This document shows, piece by piece, positions 8,295 to 16,491 of a stretch of DNA of 64,000 nucleotides. The stretch is taken from positions 11,157-75,156 of the forward strand of contig JAGASS010000025.1 of NCBI GenBank assembly GCA_017621655.1, given 5' to 3'. A program made the position numbers and the translations under genes. Origin of the DNA: Clostridia bacterium (GTDB taxonomy: Bacteria > Bacillota > Clostridia > Oscillospirales > CAG-272). The notes beneath the pieces are model-generated. The model saw only the letters and a program-made list of their open reading frames with translations. It was not told the DNA's origin and did not search any database. Each line of letters opens with the position of its first letter. The first letter of the stretch is position 1.

Positions 8295-9368
8295 TTAATC
8301 CTTATCCCTTACCGCGTCAACTACGCTTTTTACGATTATCGCGCCGATCGGAAAGACGAAAAGCCCCGAAAAACCGATGAGCTTGAAGCCGATATACATC
8401 GACAAAAGGGTGATAAGAGGCGACACTCCGACGCTTTCGCCGACTATCTTCGGCTCACTCACCTGACGGACGAGCCAGATTATTCCGAAAATGATAAGAA
8501 GCCCTGTCGCCAAGTAGCTGTTGCCCATCATATAAAGCACGATCGCCCACGGCACCAGCACCGTTCCGACACCGAGAACGGGCAAAATATCGATCAGCGC
8601 GATAAGCACAGACAAGGTCAGCGCGTAGGGAATTTTTAATATCATAAATCCGATAAAAAGCTGAACGCCCGTGATGAGGAGAATTATCGCGTACGCCTTT
8701 ACGTATTTTCTGATTGCCTTCATCAGCTTTTCCTTGATCTTGAAAACGCGGTGACGCTTTTCGGTAGGCACGAATTTGACGGCGAGGCGGTTGAGCGACG
8801 CGATGTCGGCGGCGAGGTAAAAGGTCGCAACGACAAGTGTTATCAGGAATAGCAGTATCCCGGGAAGCGAGGAAACGAAGCCCATTATCGCGTCGGGAAT
8901 CTTTGCCGAAAATGATGAAAGCGCACTTTCAAGCATGTTGGCAGTTGCCTGCTTGACGATCTCGAGCGCCTTTTGATTATCGATCTTCGATAATATCGGG
9001 ATCTTTTTCATAACGCCGTCGCTCGAACGGATCATGTTCTCGATAAAATCCGCGCCGCCGTCGGTAAGACCCTTCGTCATATCGGTCAGCTCCGACGCCA
9101 TACGCCCGAAAAAGACCCACGAAACGGCAAAAATGACGGTGAAAACGAATCCAACCGCCCCGAATGCCGCGACCTTTCTCGAAATTCGCGTGCGTTTGCA
9201 TATCTTATCGACGGTCGGCCTAAGAAAAAGCGCGACCGTGTATGCGATGATGAACGGCAGAAGCGGTGCGAGCAGGTATTTTATAAAAACGCAAACGCCA
9301 AGCACAGCGACAGCGGCGTATGCGATCAAAACGAGATTTCTTCTATAGCCCTTTGGCGGCAGATCCAT
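8295..9368 (-). CDS. AI-2E family transporter / sporulation membrane protein YtvI-like
   Basis: Multi-TM protein with the layout of the AI-2E/UPF0118 family. The start is moved to ATG 9368, which has GAGGTG 5 nt upstream. The track start at 9398 has no RBS. Confidence 0.75.
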   Translation of the reverse strand: MDLPPKGYRRNLVLIAYAAVAVLGVCVFIKYLLAPLLPFIIAYTVALFLRPTVDKICKRTRISRKVAAFGAVGFVFTVIFAVSWVFFGRMASELTDMTKGLTDGGADFIENMIRSSDGVMKKIPILSKIDNQKALEIVKQATANMLESALSSFSAKIPDAIMGFVSSLPGILLFLITLVVATFYLAADIASLNRLAVKFVPTEKRHRVFKIKEKLMKAIRKYVKAYAIILLITGVQLFIGFMILKIPYALTLSVLIALIDILPVLGVGTVLVPWAIVLYMMGNSYLATGLLIIFGIIWLVRQVSEPKIVGESVGVSPLITLLSMYIGFKLIGFSGLFVFPIGAIIVKSVVDAVRDKD

Positions 9369-9436
9369 AATGCACCTCAAAAATATCTTTATTTTCATTA
9401 TACACCGCTAAAGAAGAGTAAATTCACTTTCGGTAA

Positions 9437-9465
9437 TTGATTTTTCTTTTATACTGTGGTAAAAT
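9437..9465 (+). promoter_or_regulatory. sigma-A-type promoter for the cyclophilin gene
   Basis: TTGATT, 17 nt spacer, TGgTAAAAT. Confidence 0.55.
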
Positions 9466-9493
9466 AGCGTTACTACGTTATTAAGAGGTAATT

Positions 9494-10144
9494 ATGAAAA
9501 AACTGATTCTTATAATTTTGGCGGCAATTCTTTCCGTATCCTTCGTTTCTTGCAGTAAGAAGGATTACAACGTGATCGAGATCGACGGTTATATCGTTGA
9601 GGAAAGCAAGGCACCGACGAATTACGTTCGTATCGTTATGAAAAACGGCGACGCGATGCTTCTTGAGCTTTATCCTGACGAAGCACCGATAACGGTTGCA
9701 AATTTCAAAAAGCTCGTTTCTGAAAAGTATTACGACGGAATAATATTCCACCGCGTAATTTCCGGCTTTATGATCCAGGGCGGAGACCCCGACGGTGACG
9801 GATATTCGAACAACGACCGTCCGAATATCAAGGGTGAATTTAATGCAAACGGCGTCATAAACAGGATAAAGCACGAGCGCGGCGTTATTTCGATGGCCCG
9901 TTCTTCAAATCCCGACAGTGCGTCGACGCAGTTCTTTATCGTTCATCAAACGTCGGTAATTAACAGCGAGTCTCTGAACGGACAGTATGCGGCATTCGGT
10001 AAGCTTCTTGCCGGCTACGGTACGCTTGACAAGATAGCGTCCGTCAAGACGGGAAAGAACGATAAACCGAAATCCAAGCAGCAAATGGCAGAGGTAAGAT
10101 TCGTTAATATCGTATCGACACCAACAACACCCGACACAGAGTAA
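9494..10144 (+). CDS. peptidylprolyl isomerase, cyclophilin type, lipoprotein
   Basis: Lipobox LSVSFVSC. The cyclophilin core FHRVISGFMIQGGDP...MARS...STQFFI is present. Confidence 0.9.
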   Translation: MKKLILIILAAILSVSFVSCSKKDYNVIEIDGYIVEESKAPTNYVRIVMKNGDAMLLELYPDEAPITVANFKKLVSEKYYDGIIFHRVISGFMIQGGDPDGDGYSNNDRPNIKGEFNANGVINRIKHERGVISMARSSNPDSASTQFFIVHQTSVINSESLNGQYAAFGKLLAGYGTLDKIASVKTGKNDKPKSKQQMAEVRFVNIVSTPTTPDTE

Positions 10145-10172
10145 AAAAGGGCGGATATCCGCCCTTTTTTGT
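10144..10172 (+). terminator. rho-independent terminator
   Basis: AAGGGCGGA-TAT-CCGCCCTT followed by TTTTG. Confidence 0.75.
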
Positions 10173-10179
10173 TTATTAG

Positions 10180-10487
10180 CATTGTTCCCAAGCGGACAGT
10201 CGAGGTAGGGGTTCCCCGAAACGAGCGAACGCGAGTTTTGGGGGTTCCCGAGGTTGCCTGTCCCTACAAAGACGTGCCGAAGCATTGGGGCGTTATCTTA
10301 CCTTCTCCAGCGGGAGAAGGGTGTCTAAGAGGTAAACCTCAGACGGATGAGGTGTTCTGAATGGAAGCTAACTAATTTGAACTATAATCAGCTTTTTCAT
10401 CTGACACCTCATCCGCCTCGTTACACTCGGCACCTTCTCCCGCTGGAGAAGGTAAAATAATGCGGCGAAGCATTGCCGCGTTTCGCC
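10180..10487. repeat. REP/BIME-like composite repeat cluster R4
   Basis: A long GGACAG...CTGTCC-CTAC hairpin carries the nested GGGGTTCCCC insert. It is followed by an inverted pair GGATGAGGTGT ... ACACCTCATCC, each flanked by CCTTCTCC..GGAGAAGG hairpins. Confidence 0.85.
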
Positions 10488-10510
10488 CTTCACTTATTAC
10501 TTCTTCCCTC

Positions 10511-10556
10511 AAAAAAGCACCCTAACGGAAATGGATTCCGCAGGGTGCTTTTCAAT
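10511..10556 (-). terminator. long-stem terminator, copy 1 of a duplicated sequence
   Basis: AAAAAAGCACCCTAACGGAAATGGATTCCGCAGGGTGCTTTT. About 90% identical to 11116-11164 by hand alignment. Confidence 0.6.
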
Positions 10557-10572
10557 ATGCTCGCTCTTTTTC

Positions 10573-10812
10573 TCATCCAAAATCGTGCCTTGTTCCGCCG
10601 CCGCTTCCTATTTCTTCAAATAAGCATACGATTTTTTCGATTTTCTCAAAGCATTCTTTGTCGTCCAAGGTTTCATCATTTAATATTGCCTTTATCCATT
10701 CTAATACTATGTAACATTCTTTTTCAAAAAGCAATTCCACATCTGCCCCTGTAATTATTTCCTTGTTATACTTTTTTGATACATTATCAAGAATTGCTTG
10801 CCACAATTTCAA
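10573..10812 (-). CDS. hypothetical small acidic protein (79 aa)
   Basis: TTG start preceded by GAGGGAG. No family recognised. Confidence 0.45.
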   Translation of the reverse strand: MKLWQAILDNVSKKYNKEIITGADVELLFEKECYIVLEWIKAILNDETLDDKECFEKIEKIVCLFEEIGSGGGTRHDFG

Positions 10813-10907
10813 AAAACTCCCTCACTTTCGTTTATGGGGATTATATCCCCTTAATAATTTAGATTATAACCCCCATAATAATAAATGTCAAGTATGGAGG
10901 TTGTATA

Positions 10908-11105
10908 ATGATCGTATTCGATAAGCTTTGGAAAACAATGAAAGAAAAAGGTGTATCTACCTATAAGCTTCGTGAGGAGTGCGGAATTGACAGTAAAACG
11001 GTTCGCCGTCTTAAAGCCAATGAGAATATTGAGACCAAGACGCTTGACAAGCTTTGCGCTGCACTTAATTGCAAGATCGAAGATATAATGGAATATAAGC
11101 CGTAA
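10908..11105 (+). CDS. XRE/Cro-type helix-turn-helix protein (65 aa)
   Basis: RBS GGAGG 8 nt upstream. The sequence GVSTYKLREECGIDSKTVRRLKANENIETKTLDKLCAALNCKIEDIMEY is a typical short HTH protein. Confidence 0.8.
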   Translation: MIVFDKLWKTMKEKGVSTYKLREECGIDSKTVRRLKANENIETKTLDKLCAALNCKIEDIMEYKP

Positions 11106-11115
11106 TTTCATAAAC

Positions 11116-11164
11116 AAAAAAAGCACCCCAAGCGGAAATGGATTCCGCCGGGTGCTTTTTCAAT
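11116..11164. terminator. long-stem bidirectional terminator, copy 2 of the duplicated sequence
   Basis: AAAAAAAGCACCCCAAGCGGAAATGGATTCCGCCGGGTGCTTTTT, lying between convergent genes. Confidence 0.6.
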
Positions 11165-12268
11165 TTATTCTTCCTCTTTAGAGGCAAAAATATTGCAAAT
11201 ATCGGTAATTCTCGGGCTGTACTTGACGGAGTCGAAGGACTGAAGCGGCATGACCTCGTTCATGAAGATGTCGCGTAGCGGCGTCTTCTTGTTTTTCTGA
11301 GGGATCTGAAGCTGGGTCTTACTAAATCTCATGCCCTTGACGAGGGGAGAGGTATGGGGAAGGACCTTCGGGAGATTGTCAAACTCGTTTGCGGTCTTCG
11401 CGCAGTCGGAGAGACAGTCGAGCGCCTCCTCGGGACGGTCGAGCGACATAAGAAGCACAGCCATATCCTTAAGGAGCATCATGTGCGTGTATGCACCCTC
11501 GAAAATGTCGCCGTCGGGATAGACCGACTCGCGGATCCCGCGTGCAACCGTCAGAAGCTCAAGCTTGTCCTTCGCCTTAAGGTCGGTAGAATTATCAACG
11601 TATTCCATTATTGCGCTGATGAGGTGCGAGGTGTAGGAGGAAATATTCTCCTTGATAGCGGCGATCTTGCTCTCGCCCTCCGAGATTATCGGAAGCATAT
11701 CCTCGCGGCAGATCTTTCTGCCGGGAAGCGACATTGCAATTTCTCTTGCGCTGTCGGTATCGCGCAGGTCCTCGTAGTAGTGCAGGCAAAGAAGACGCTT
11801 CGCTTCAAGGCGGACAGCGTCGTCTGTGCAGTTGCCGAGTATCTCCTCGCCGATCGAAAGAAGCTCGCCCGAATAGTGCTTGACCATCGCAGGACGGTCA
11901 CAGCTTAGGTAAAGACCGTACATTAGAAGGCACTTGAGACGGTATTCCTCGGGGAAGTACATTACACCCTCGCGGATAGCGTCAAGAGCTTCCTTTATGT
12001 TGCCCGATGCTACTCTTTCCTGGAAGAGGTCGGCATATTCCTTGATCTTGTCCTCGTTATCGAACTCGTCCATGCACATAAGCTCGTCGGTCGAAACTCC
12101 GAAATAGCTTGCGAGTACGGGAATAAGCTCGATCGGGGGATAAGCTTCGCCCTCCTCCCAAGCGATGATGTCCTTGCAGTTTACGTTAAGATACTGCGCG
12201 AGAGCGTCCTGGGTTATCTCTTTTTTTAGACGGTAAACGCGTATCTTTGCGCCCATATTTATAAACAT
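11165..12268 (-). CDS. XRE-family HTH regulator with a long helical (TPR-like) C-terminal domain
   Basis: RBS AAGGAG 7 nt before ATG 12268. The N-terminus LKKEITQDALAQYLNVNCKDIIAWEEG...LASYFGVSTDELM is an HTH_3 domain. The remaining ~290 aa are helix-rich. Confidence 0.75.
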   Translation of the reverse strand: MFINMGAKIRVYRLKKEITQDALAQYLNVNCKDIIAWEEGEAYPPIELIPVLASYFGVSTDELMCMDEFDNEDKIKEYADLFQERVASGNIKEALDAIREGVMYFPEEYRLKCLLMYGLYLSCDRPAMVKHYSGELLSIGEEILGNCTDDAVRLEAKRLLCLHYYEDLRDTDSAREIAMSLPGRKICREDMLPIISEGESKIAAIKENISSYTSHLISAIMEYVDNSTDLKAKDKLELLTVARGIRESVYPDGDIFEGAYTHMMLLKDMAVLLMSLDRPEEALDCLSDCAKTANEFDNLPKVLPHTSPLVKGMRFSKTQLQIPQKNKKTPLRDIFMNEVMPLQSFDSVKYSPRITDICNIFASKEEE

Positions 12269-12279
12269 ATCTATTCTCC

Positions 12280-12618
12280 TTATTTTGCCACTGTAAGGGC
12301 AATTATTTTTTTAATATCGTCGGGCTGATCCTTCGCCTCGGTGCACGCCTTGTTACGCCGAATCGCGCCGCATTTCACGCATTTATGCGTGATAATATAT
12401 CCCTTTTTCGGATCGGGTACAGCCGAGATCGGCTCAAGCTCTCCGCCGCAGTCGCTTGCGCGGTCGCCGGGATTTATATCAAGATGACGCGACCAAAGGC
12501 AGAAAGGGCAGTGGTTGCGAGAGGTGTATTTAAGGGGACGGACCTCTTTTCCGCAGTGGACGCAGATAAATCCGTCGTCGTTTTTTGAAAAACGCTTTAC
12601 TTCAAGGGTGTCACTCAT
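12280..12618 (-). CDS. RNHCP domain protein (zinc-ribbon-like)
   Basis: Literal RNHCPFCLWSRH motif plus flanking CxxC pairs (CVHCG, CVKCG). Confidence 0.75.
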   Translation of the reverse strand: MSDTLEVKRFSKNDDGFICVHCGKEVRPLKYTSRNHCPFCLWSRHLDINPGDRASDCGGELEPISAVPDPKKGYIITHKCVKCGAIRRNKACTEAKDQPDDIKKIIALTVAK

Positions 12619-13433
12619 TTGTTTGATCCTTTAATTTCGCAGTAGGCGTCGAAATATCTTTCGCCGAGCGTGACGAGAGCGTCGCGGCAGAAGTGAATAT
12701 CGTCGCCGTTGCCGATTACCTGATTATTGGATTTGAGATCGCGCGCCATGACGAGCTTGCCGTTTCCGAGCTTTTCGCAAACGTCGGCAGTCGCGGAAAG
12801 GACCGCATCACAGGCACGGGCGTTTTCCTCCTTGAATCTCCATTCCGAAACGAATTCGGCGGCGATAAAGGGAAGATCATTGCTTCCGACACGTTGTCTT
12901 ACGTCGTTAACGGTCGCGGAAAGATGGTCAAAATAGAAATCGTGACGGCGGTCAAAATCAAAGTCGGCGTTTTCAAAGGCGTCGTGCTCACCCTGATGCC
13001 AAAGAAATGCAACTACGCGGTCGTTTTCGCCGATAGCTGCTTCCATCATCTCGGTTAGACGTCTGTGAAGAAAGTTGCCAACGCCCCACTGGTGGCTTGA
13101 AAATCCCGTTCCGCCTGCAGAGGAGTCGATGATAAGAAGCTTTCTGCCCTCGTCAAGCAGTCCTGATTCAACATATTTCTTGGCAAAAGTGAGAGCGAAC
13201 ATTCCGCAAATGCGCTCACCGTCAACTCTTTCCTTGGCAATGTCGGTCACAAACGTGAACGGCTCGGTAATGATAAATTTCATAGAACCGTCCTCTTGCT
13301 GCTCGTAGCCGTATTTGCCGCCGTCGCGCATAATTAGTATTCTTTCATCGGGAATATACGGACGGTCTGTCGGACCGAGACCGTTTCCCTCGGCGTTTGA
13401 CTGTCCGCCGAGAATTATTATATCGTAAGGCAT
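12615..13433 (-). CDS. SASA/DUF303-family carbohydrate esterase (sialate O-acetylesterase-like)
   Basis: N-terminal IIILGGQSNAEGNG and WHQGEHD motifs. There is a 4-nt ATGA overlap with the downstream RNHCP gene. Confidence 0.8.
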   Translation of the reverse strand: MPYDIIILGGQSNAEGNGLGPTDRPYIPDERILIMRDGGKYGYEQQEDGSMKFIITEPFTFVTDIAKERVDGERICGMFALTFAKKYVESGLLDEGRKLLIIDSSAGGTGFSSHQWGVGNFLHRRLTEMMEAAIGENDRVVAFLWHQGEHDAFENADFDFDRRHDFYFDHLSATVNDVRQRVGSNDLPFIAAEFVSEWRFKEENARACDAVLSATADVCEKLGNGKLVMARDLKSNNQVIGNGDDIHFCRDALVTLGERYFDAYCEIKGSNK

Positions 13434-13484
13434 GGAAATTTCTCACCTTTCTTGCATTTGAATGTATACGGGCGATGCGATTAT

Positions 13485-13619
13485 GCGCCACGTTCATTAC
13501 CTTCTCCTGAGGGAGAAGGGGGACCGCAGGCGGAACGCCTGTGGTGGATGAGGAGTAAGTTCACTTATTCGACACCTCATCCGAGGTTTACCTCTTACCT
13601 TCACCCCGCTGGGGAAGGT
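13485..13619. repeat. palindromic composite repeat R5
   Basis: CCTTCTCCTGAGGGAGAAGG, CCGCAGGCGGAACGCCTGTGG, GGATGAGGAG, an 18-nt centre, ACACCTCATCC, GAGGTTTACCTC and CCTTCACCCCGCTGGGGAAGG. Confidence 0.8.
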
Positions 13620-13701
13620 ATTATGTGTTAGCTCTCTTTGCCTTGCTTTTCCCATTATACAATGCTTTTCTGCTTTTTTCAAGGGCGATTTGTCAAAACT
13701 A

Positions 13702-13730
13702 TCGACAAACGCTTGTTTTTGTTATATAAT
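13702..13730 (+). promoter_or_regulatory. sigma-A-type promoter for alaX-manA
   Basis: TCGACA, 17 nt spacer, TATAAT. Confidence 0.5.
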
Positions 13731-13759
13731 TAACCTATAAACAGGTTTTGGAGCAGGTT

Positions 13760-14935
13760 ATGACCGAAAGAAAGATCAAAAATACCGATAGAATATACGA
13801 AAAGGACTCGTCTGTTTCGTTTTTTGAAGCGACGGTCTTGTCGTGCGACGGCGGAGAGGGCGAATATAAGACCGTTCTTGACCGCACCGCGTTTTTTCCA
13901 ACGGGCGGCGGACAGAGCTGTGACCTTGGCACGCTGAACGGAATCGAGGTAAAAGATGTCCATATTGAAAACGGCGAGATAATTCACGTTACGCAGTCAC
14001 CTCTTGCAGTTGGCGAAAAGGTGCGCGGCATCCTTAACTTTTCCGAGCGCGAGGAAAAGATGCGCTCGCATACGGCGGAGCATATCTTATCGAGCATTTT
14101 GAATACAAAATACGGTCTATCTAACGTCGGCTTTCACCTTGGAACGGTCGATACGACCTGCGACTTCGACGGAGTTCTGACGCTAAAACAACTAAATGAA
14201 GCCGAGGACGAGGTCAACAGGATAATTCGCGAAAATCACCCCGTTTACCCCGTTTTTCCGACCGAAAACGAGCTTAAAACGCTTGAATACAGAAGCAAAT
14301 TAGATCTGACCGAGGACGTTCGCATCGTAATGATAGGCGAAAACGGCTCGGTCGATAAATGCGCCTGCTGTGCGCCACACGTTAAGAAAACGGGCAACAT
14401 CGGCTATTTCAAGATAGTTGATTTCTATAAATACAAGGGCGGCACGCGCGTGCATATCCTGACGGGAATTAAGGCGCTCGAACGGGCGCGCGACGATTTT
14501 GAGGGCATAAAGACACTGTCGGCGCTTCTCTCTTCACCTCGGAACGCACAGAGCGTGAGCGAGGCGGCGGAGCGCATTTGTGAGGAAAACGAGGCGCTTG
14601 AACGCGAAATATCCGCGCTGAACGAGCGCATAAACGGATATATAGTGAAGGAGCTTCCCGATACCGACCTCGCGGTCGTGTTTGATGAGAGAAAAAACAG
14701 TCAGACGCTTCGCTCGCTCTGTCTCTCGGCTGCCGAAAAGGTGAAAACCGCGGCGGTTTTCGGAGGTGAAAATGGCAGATTCACCTTCGTTGTCGCAGGA
14801 GAAGCTGCGCAGAATATTTTTGCAAAAATGAAAAACTCGCTCAACGTCCGCGGCGGCGGTAAAGAGGTCATTTGCGGCACTGCTTTTGCCTCCGAGAGCG
14901 AGATCAAGGCACTTTTTGATGGAGAAAATATATGA
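13760..14935 (+). CDS. alaX: alanyl-tRNA editing protein, AlaX-L type (tRNA_SAD + DHHA1-like C-terminus)
   Basis: HTAEHIL and CCAPHV zinc motifs. ATG 13760 with GGAG 7 nt upstream is preferred over the track's TTG 13748. Confidence 0.85.
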   Translation: MTERKIKNTDRIYEKDSSVSFFEATVLSCDGGEGEYKTVLDRTAFFPTGGGQSCDLGTLNGIEVKDVHIENGEIIHVTQSPLAVGEKVRGILNFSEREEKMRSHTAEHILSSILNTKYGLSNVGFHLGTVDTTCDFDGVLTLKQLNEAEDEVNRIIRENHPVYPVFPTENELKTLEYRSKLDLTEDVRIVMIGENGSVDKCACCAPHVKKTGNIGYFKIVDFYKYKGGTRVHILTGIKALERARDDFEGIKTLSALLSSPRNAQSVSEAAERICEENEALEREISALNERINGYIVKELPDTDLAVVFDERKNSQTLRSLCLSAAEKVKTAAVFGGENGRFTFVVAGEAAQNIFAKMKNSLNVRGGGKEVICGTAFASESEIKALFDGENI

Positions 14936-15786
14936 ATCCGATACTTTTAACACCGATTCTAAAGAATTATATCTGGGGCGGAACGCGCCTCAAAACCGAA
15001 TATGGCTTCATAAGCGACGAGGATAAGGTCGCTGAGGCGTGGATGCTGTCAAGCCATAAGGACGGCAGAAATATTGATGGCGAAATGCCGATACTCGTAA
15101 AGCTCATCGACGCGCGCGACAAGCTCTCGGTCCAGGTCCACCCGAATGACGAATACGCTTATCGCGTGGAGGGTGAGCCGGGCAAGACCGAAATGTGGTA
15201 TATAGTAGACTGCGAGGAGGGCGCGCGACTGATTTACGGCTTCAAAAAGGAGCTTTCAAAGGAAGAATTTGAGCGCCGCATCCGCGATAATACGCTTGAC
15301 GAGGTGATGAATTACGTTCCTGTTCACCGTGGCGACGTTTTCTTCATTCCGTCGGGAACACTCCATGCGATCGGCGCGGGAATACTTATCGCCGAGATCC
15401 AGCAAAGCTCAAATACTACCTATCGCGTGTCCGATTACGGACGGCTCGGCGCTGACGGAAAGCCGCGTCAGCTCCACGTCGAAAAGGCGCTCGACGTAAC
15501 GGAGACCGTGCCGCCGACAGTCCCGTACGGTCAGGTCGGTGAAATTACCGAATATTCATTCGGTAAGGTCAGAATGCTCACGGAATGTCTGTATTTTTCC
15601 GTATACGAGATCGACCTAGACGGAAATTTTGAGACAACCCCGACGAATTTCCTGCATTTTCTCGTCATCGACGGCGAAATCACCGTCGGTAACGTGAAAG
15701 CAACCAAGGGCGGAAGTATATACGTCCCGAAAGACTGCAAAATCGCAGTTAATGGAAAGGCAAAATTTCTTGTAAGTACGGTTTGA
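14932..15786 (+). CDS. manA: class I mannose-6-phosphate isomerase
   Basis: Motifs NYIWGG, LSVQVHPND and HAIGAGILIAEIQQSSNTTYRVSDYGR. ATGA overlap with alaX. Confidence 0.9.
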   Translation: MNPILLTPILKNYIWGGTRLKTEYGFISDEDKVAEAWMLSSHKDGRNIDGEMPILVKLIDARDKLSVQVHPNDEYAYRVEGEPGKTEMWYIVDCEEGARLIYGFKKELSKEEFERRIRDNTLDEVMNYVPVHRGDVFFIPSGTLHAIGAGILIAEIQQSSNTTYRVSDYGRLGADGKPRQLHVEKALDVTETVPPTVPYGQVGEITEYSFGKVRMLTECLYFSVYEIDLDGNFETTPTNFLHFLVIDGEITVGNVKATKGGSIYVPKDCKIAVNGKAKFLVSTV

Positions 15787-15799
15787 AATGTTGCTTTTG

Positions 15800-16030
15800 G
15801 GACGCCTCATCCGCCACCTTCGGTGGTCTCCCTCTCAGTCGGCTTCGCCGCCAGCTCCCCCAAAGGGGGAGCCTCAAGAACGCCCCGATGCTTCGCCACG
15901 TTTTCGTAGGGCGGGGGCTTGCTCCCGCCGCATAAAAACAATGTTACATTGTTTTGTAACACCTCATCCGTCAACCTGCGGTTGACACCTTCTCCCACTG
16001 GAGAAGGTAAGACAACGTGGCGAAGCTTCC
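15800..16030. repeat. REP/BIME-like composite repeat cluster R6
   Basis: GCCTCATCC-CCACCTTCGGTGG, GCTCCCCCAAAGGGGGAGC, GTAG-GGCGGGGGCTTGCTCCCGCC, AAAAACAATGTTACAT, ACACCTCATCC-GTCAACCTGCGGTTGAC, CCTTCTCCCACTGGAGAAGG and GTGGCGAAGCTTC. Confidence 0.85.
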
Positions 16031-16167
16031 TTGAATCGAAAGGGGATTCCAAAGGGGAAAACGTATAAAAAACGCGAATGCGTTTTTTGTCGGTTTGCCC
16101 CTTGGTGTGCTTTCTTTGCGAGCGTTTCTTTGCACAAGCAAAGAAATGCGAAAAAAACAACACAAAC

Positions 16168-16212
16168 AAAAAAGCACCCGCGGAAAGAATTTCCGCTTCG
16201 GGTGCTTTTTTG
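16168..16212 (-). terminator. terminator downstream of the ferredoxin gene
   Basis: GCACCCGCGGAAAGAATTTCCGCTTCGGGTGC stem, flanked by an A-run and a T-run. Confidence 0.65.
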
Positions 16213-16226
16213 CTAAGTAACTTTAA

Positions 16227-16397
16227 TTATTCCTGCTCGGGAGCTCCAACGGGGCATGCGCCTGCACAAGCGCCGCACTCGATGCACTCGTCTGCATTGA
16301 TTTCGTACTTGTCGTCTCCCTCGGAGATGCAACCTACGGGACACTCGTCAGCGCAAGCGCCGCAAGCGATGCAATCGTCATTGATCTTGAATGCCAT
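16227..16397 (-). CDS. fdx: 2x[4Fe-4S] clostridial-type ferredoxin (56 aa)
   Basis: Below the ORF-track length cut-off. Hand translation MAFKINDDCIACGACADECPVGCISEGDDKYEINADECIECGACAGACPVGAPEQE has two CxxCxxCxxxCP motifs. RBS AAAGGACGG lies upstream. Confidence 0.88.
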   Translation of the reverse strand: MAFKINDDCIACGACADECPVGCISEGDDKYEINADECIECGACAGACPVGAPEQE

Positions 16398-16491
16398 CAG
16401 TATATCCGTCCTTTCTTGGAATTAATCCGATTTTATAAAAGCATTATAGCACAACGCTCTTATAAAATCAACCTTTATTTTTATTTCCGAC

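Noticed and set aside
8220-8639. 139-aa plus-strand ORF.
   Set aside because: It starts in repeat R3 and runs antisense into the AI-2E/YtvI-like membrane protein gene.
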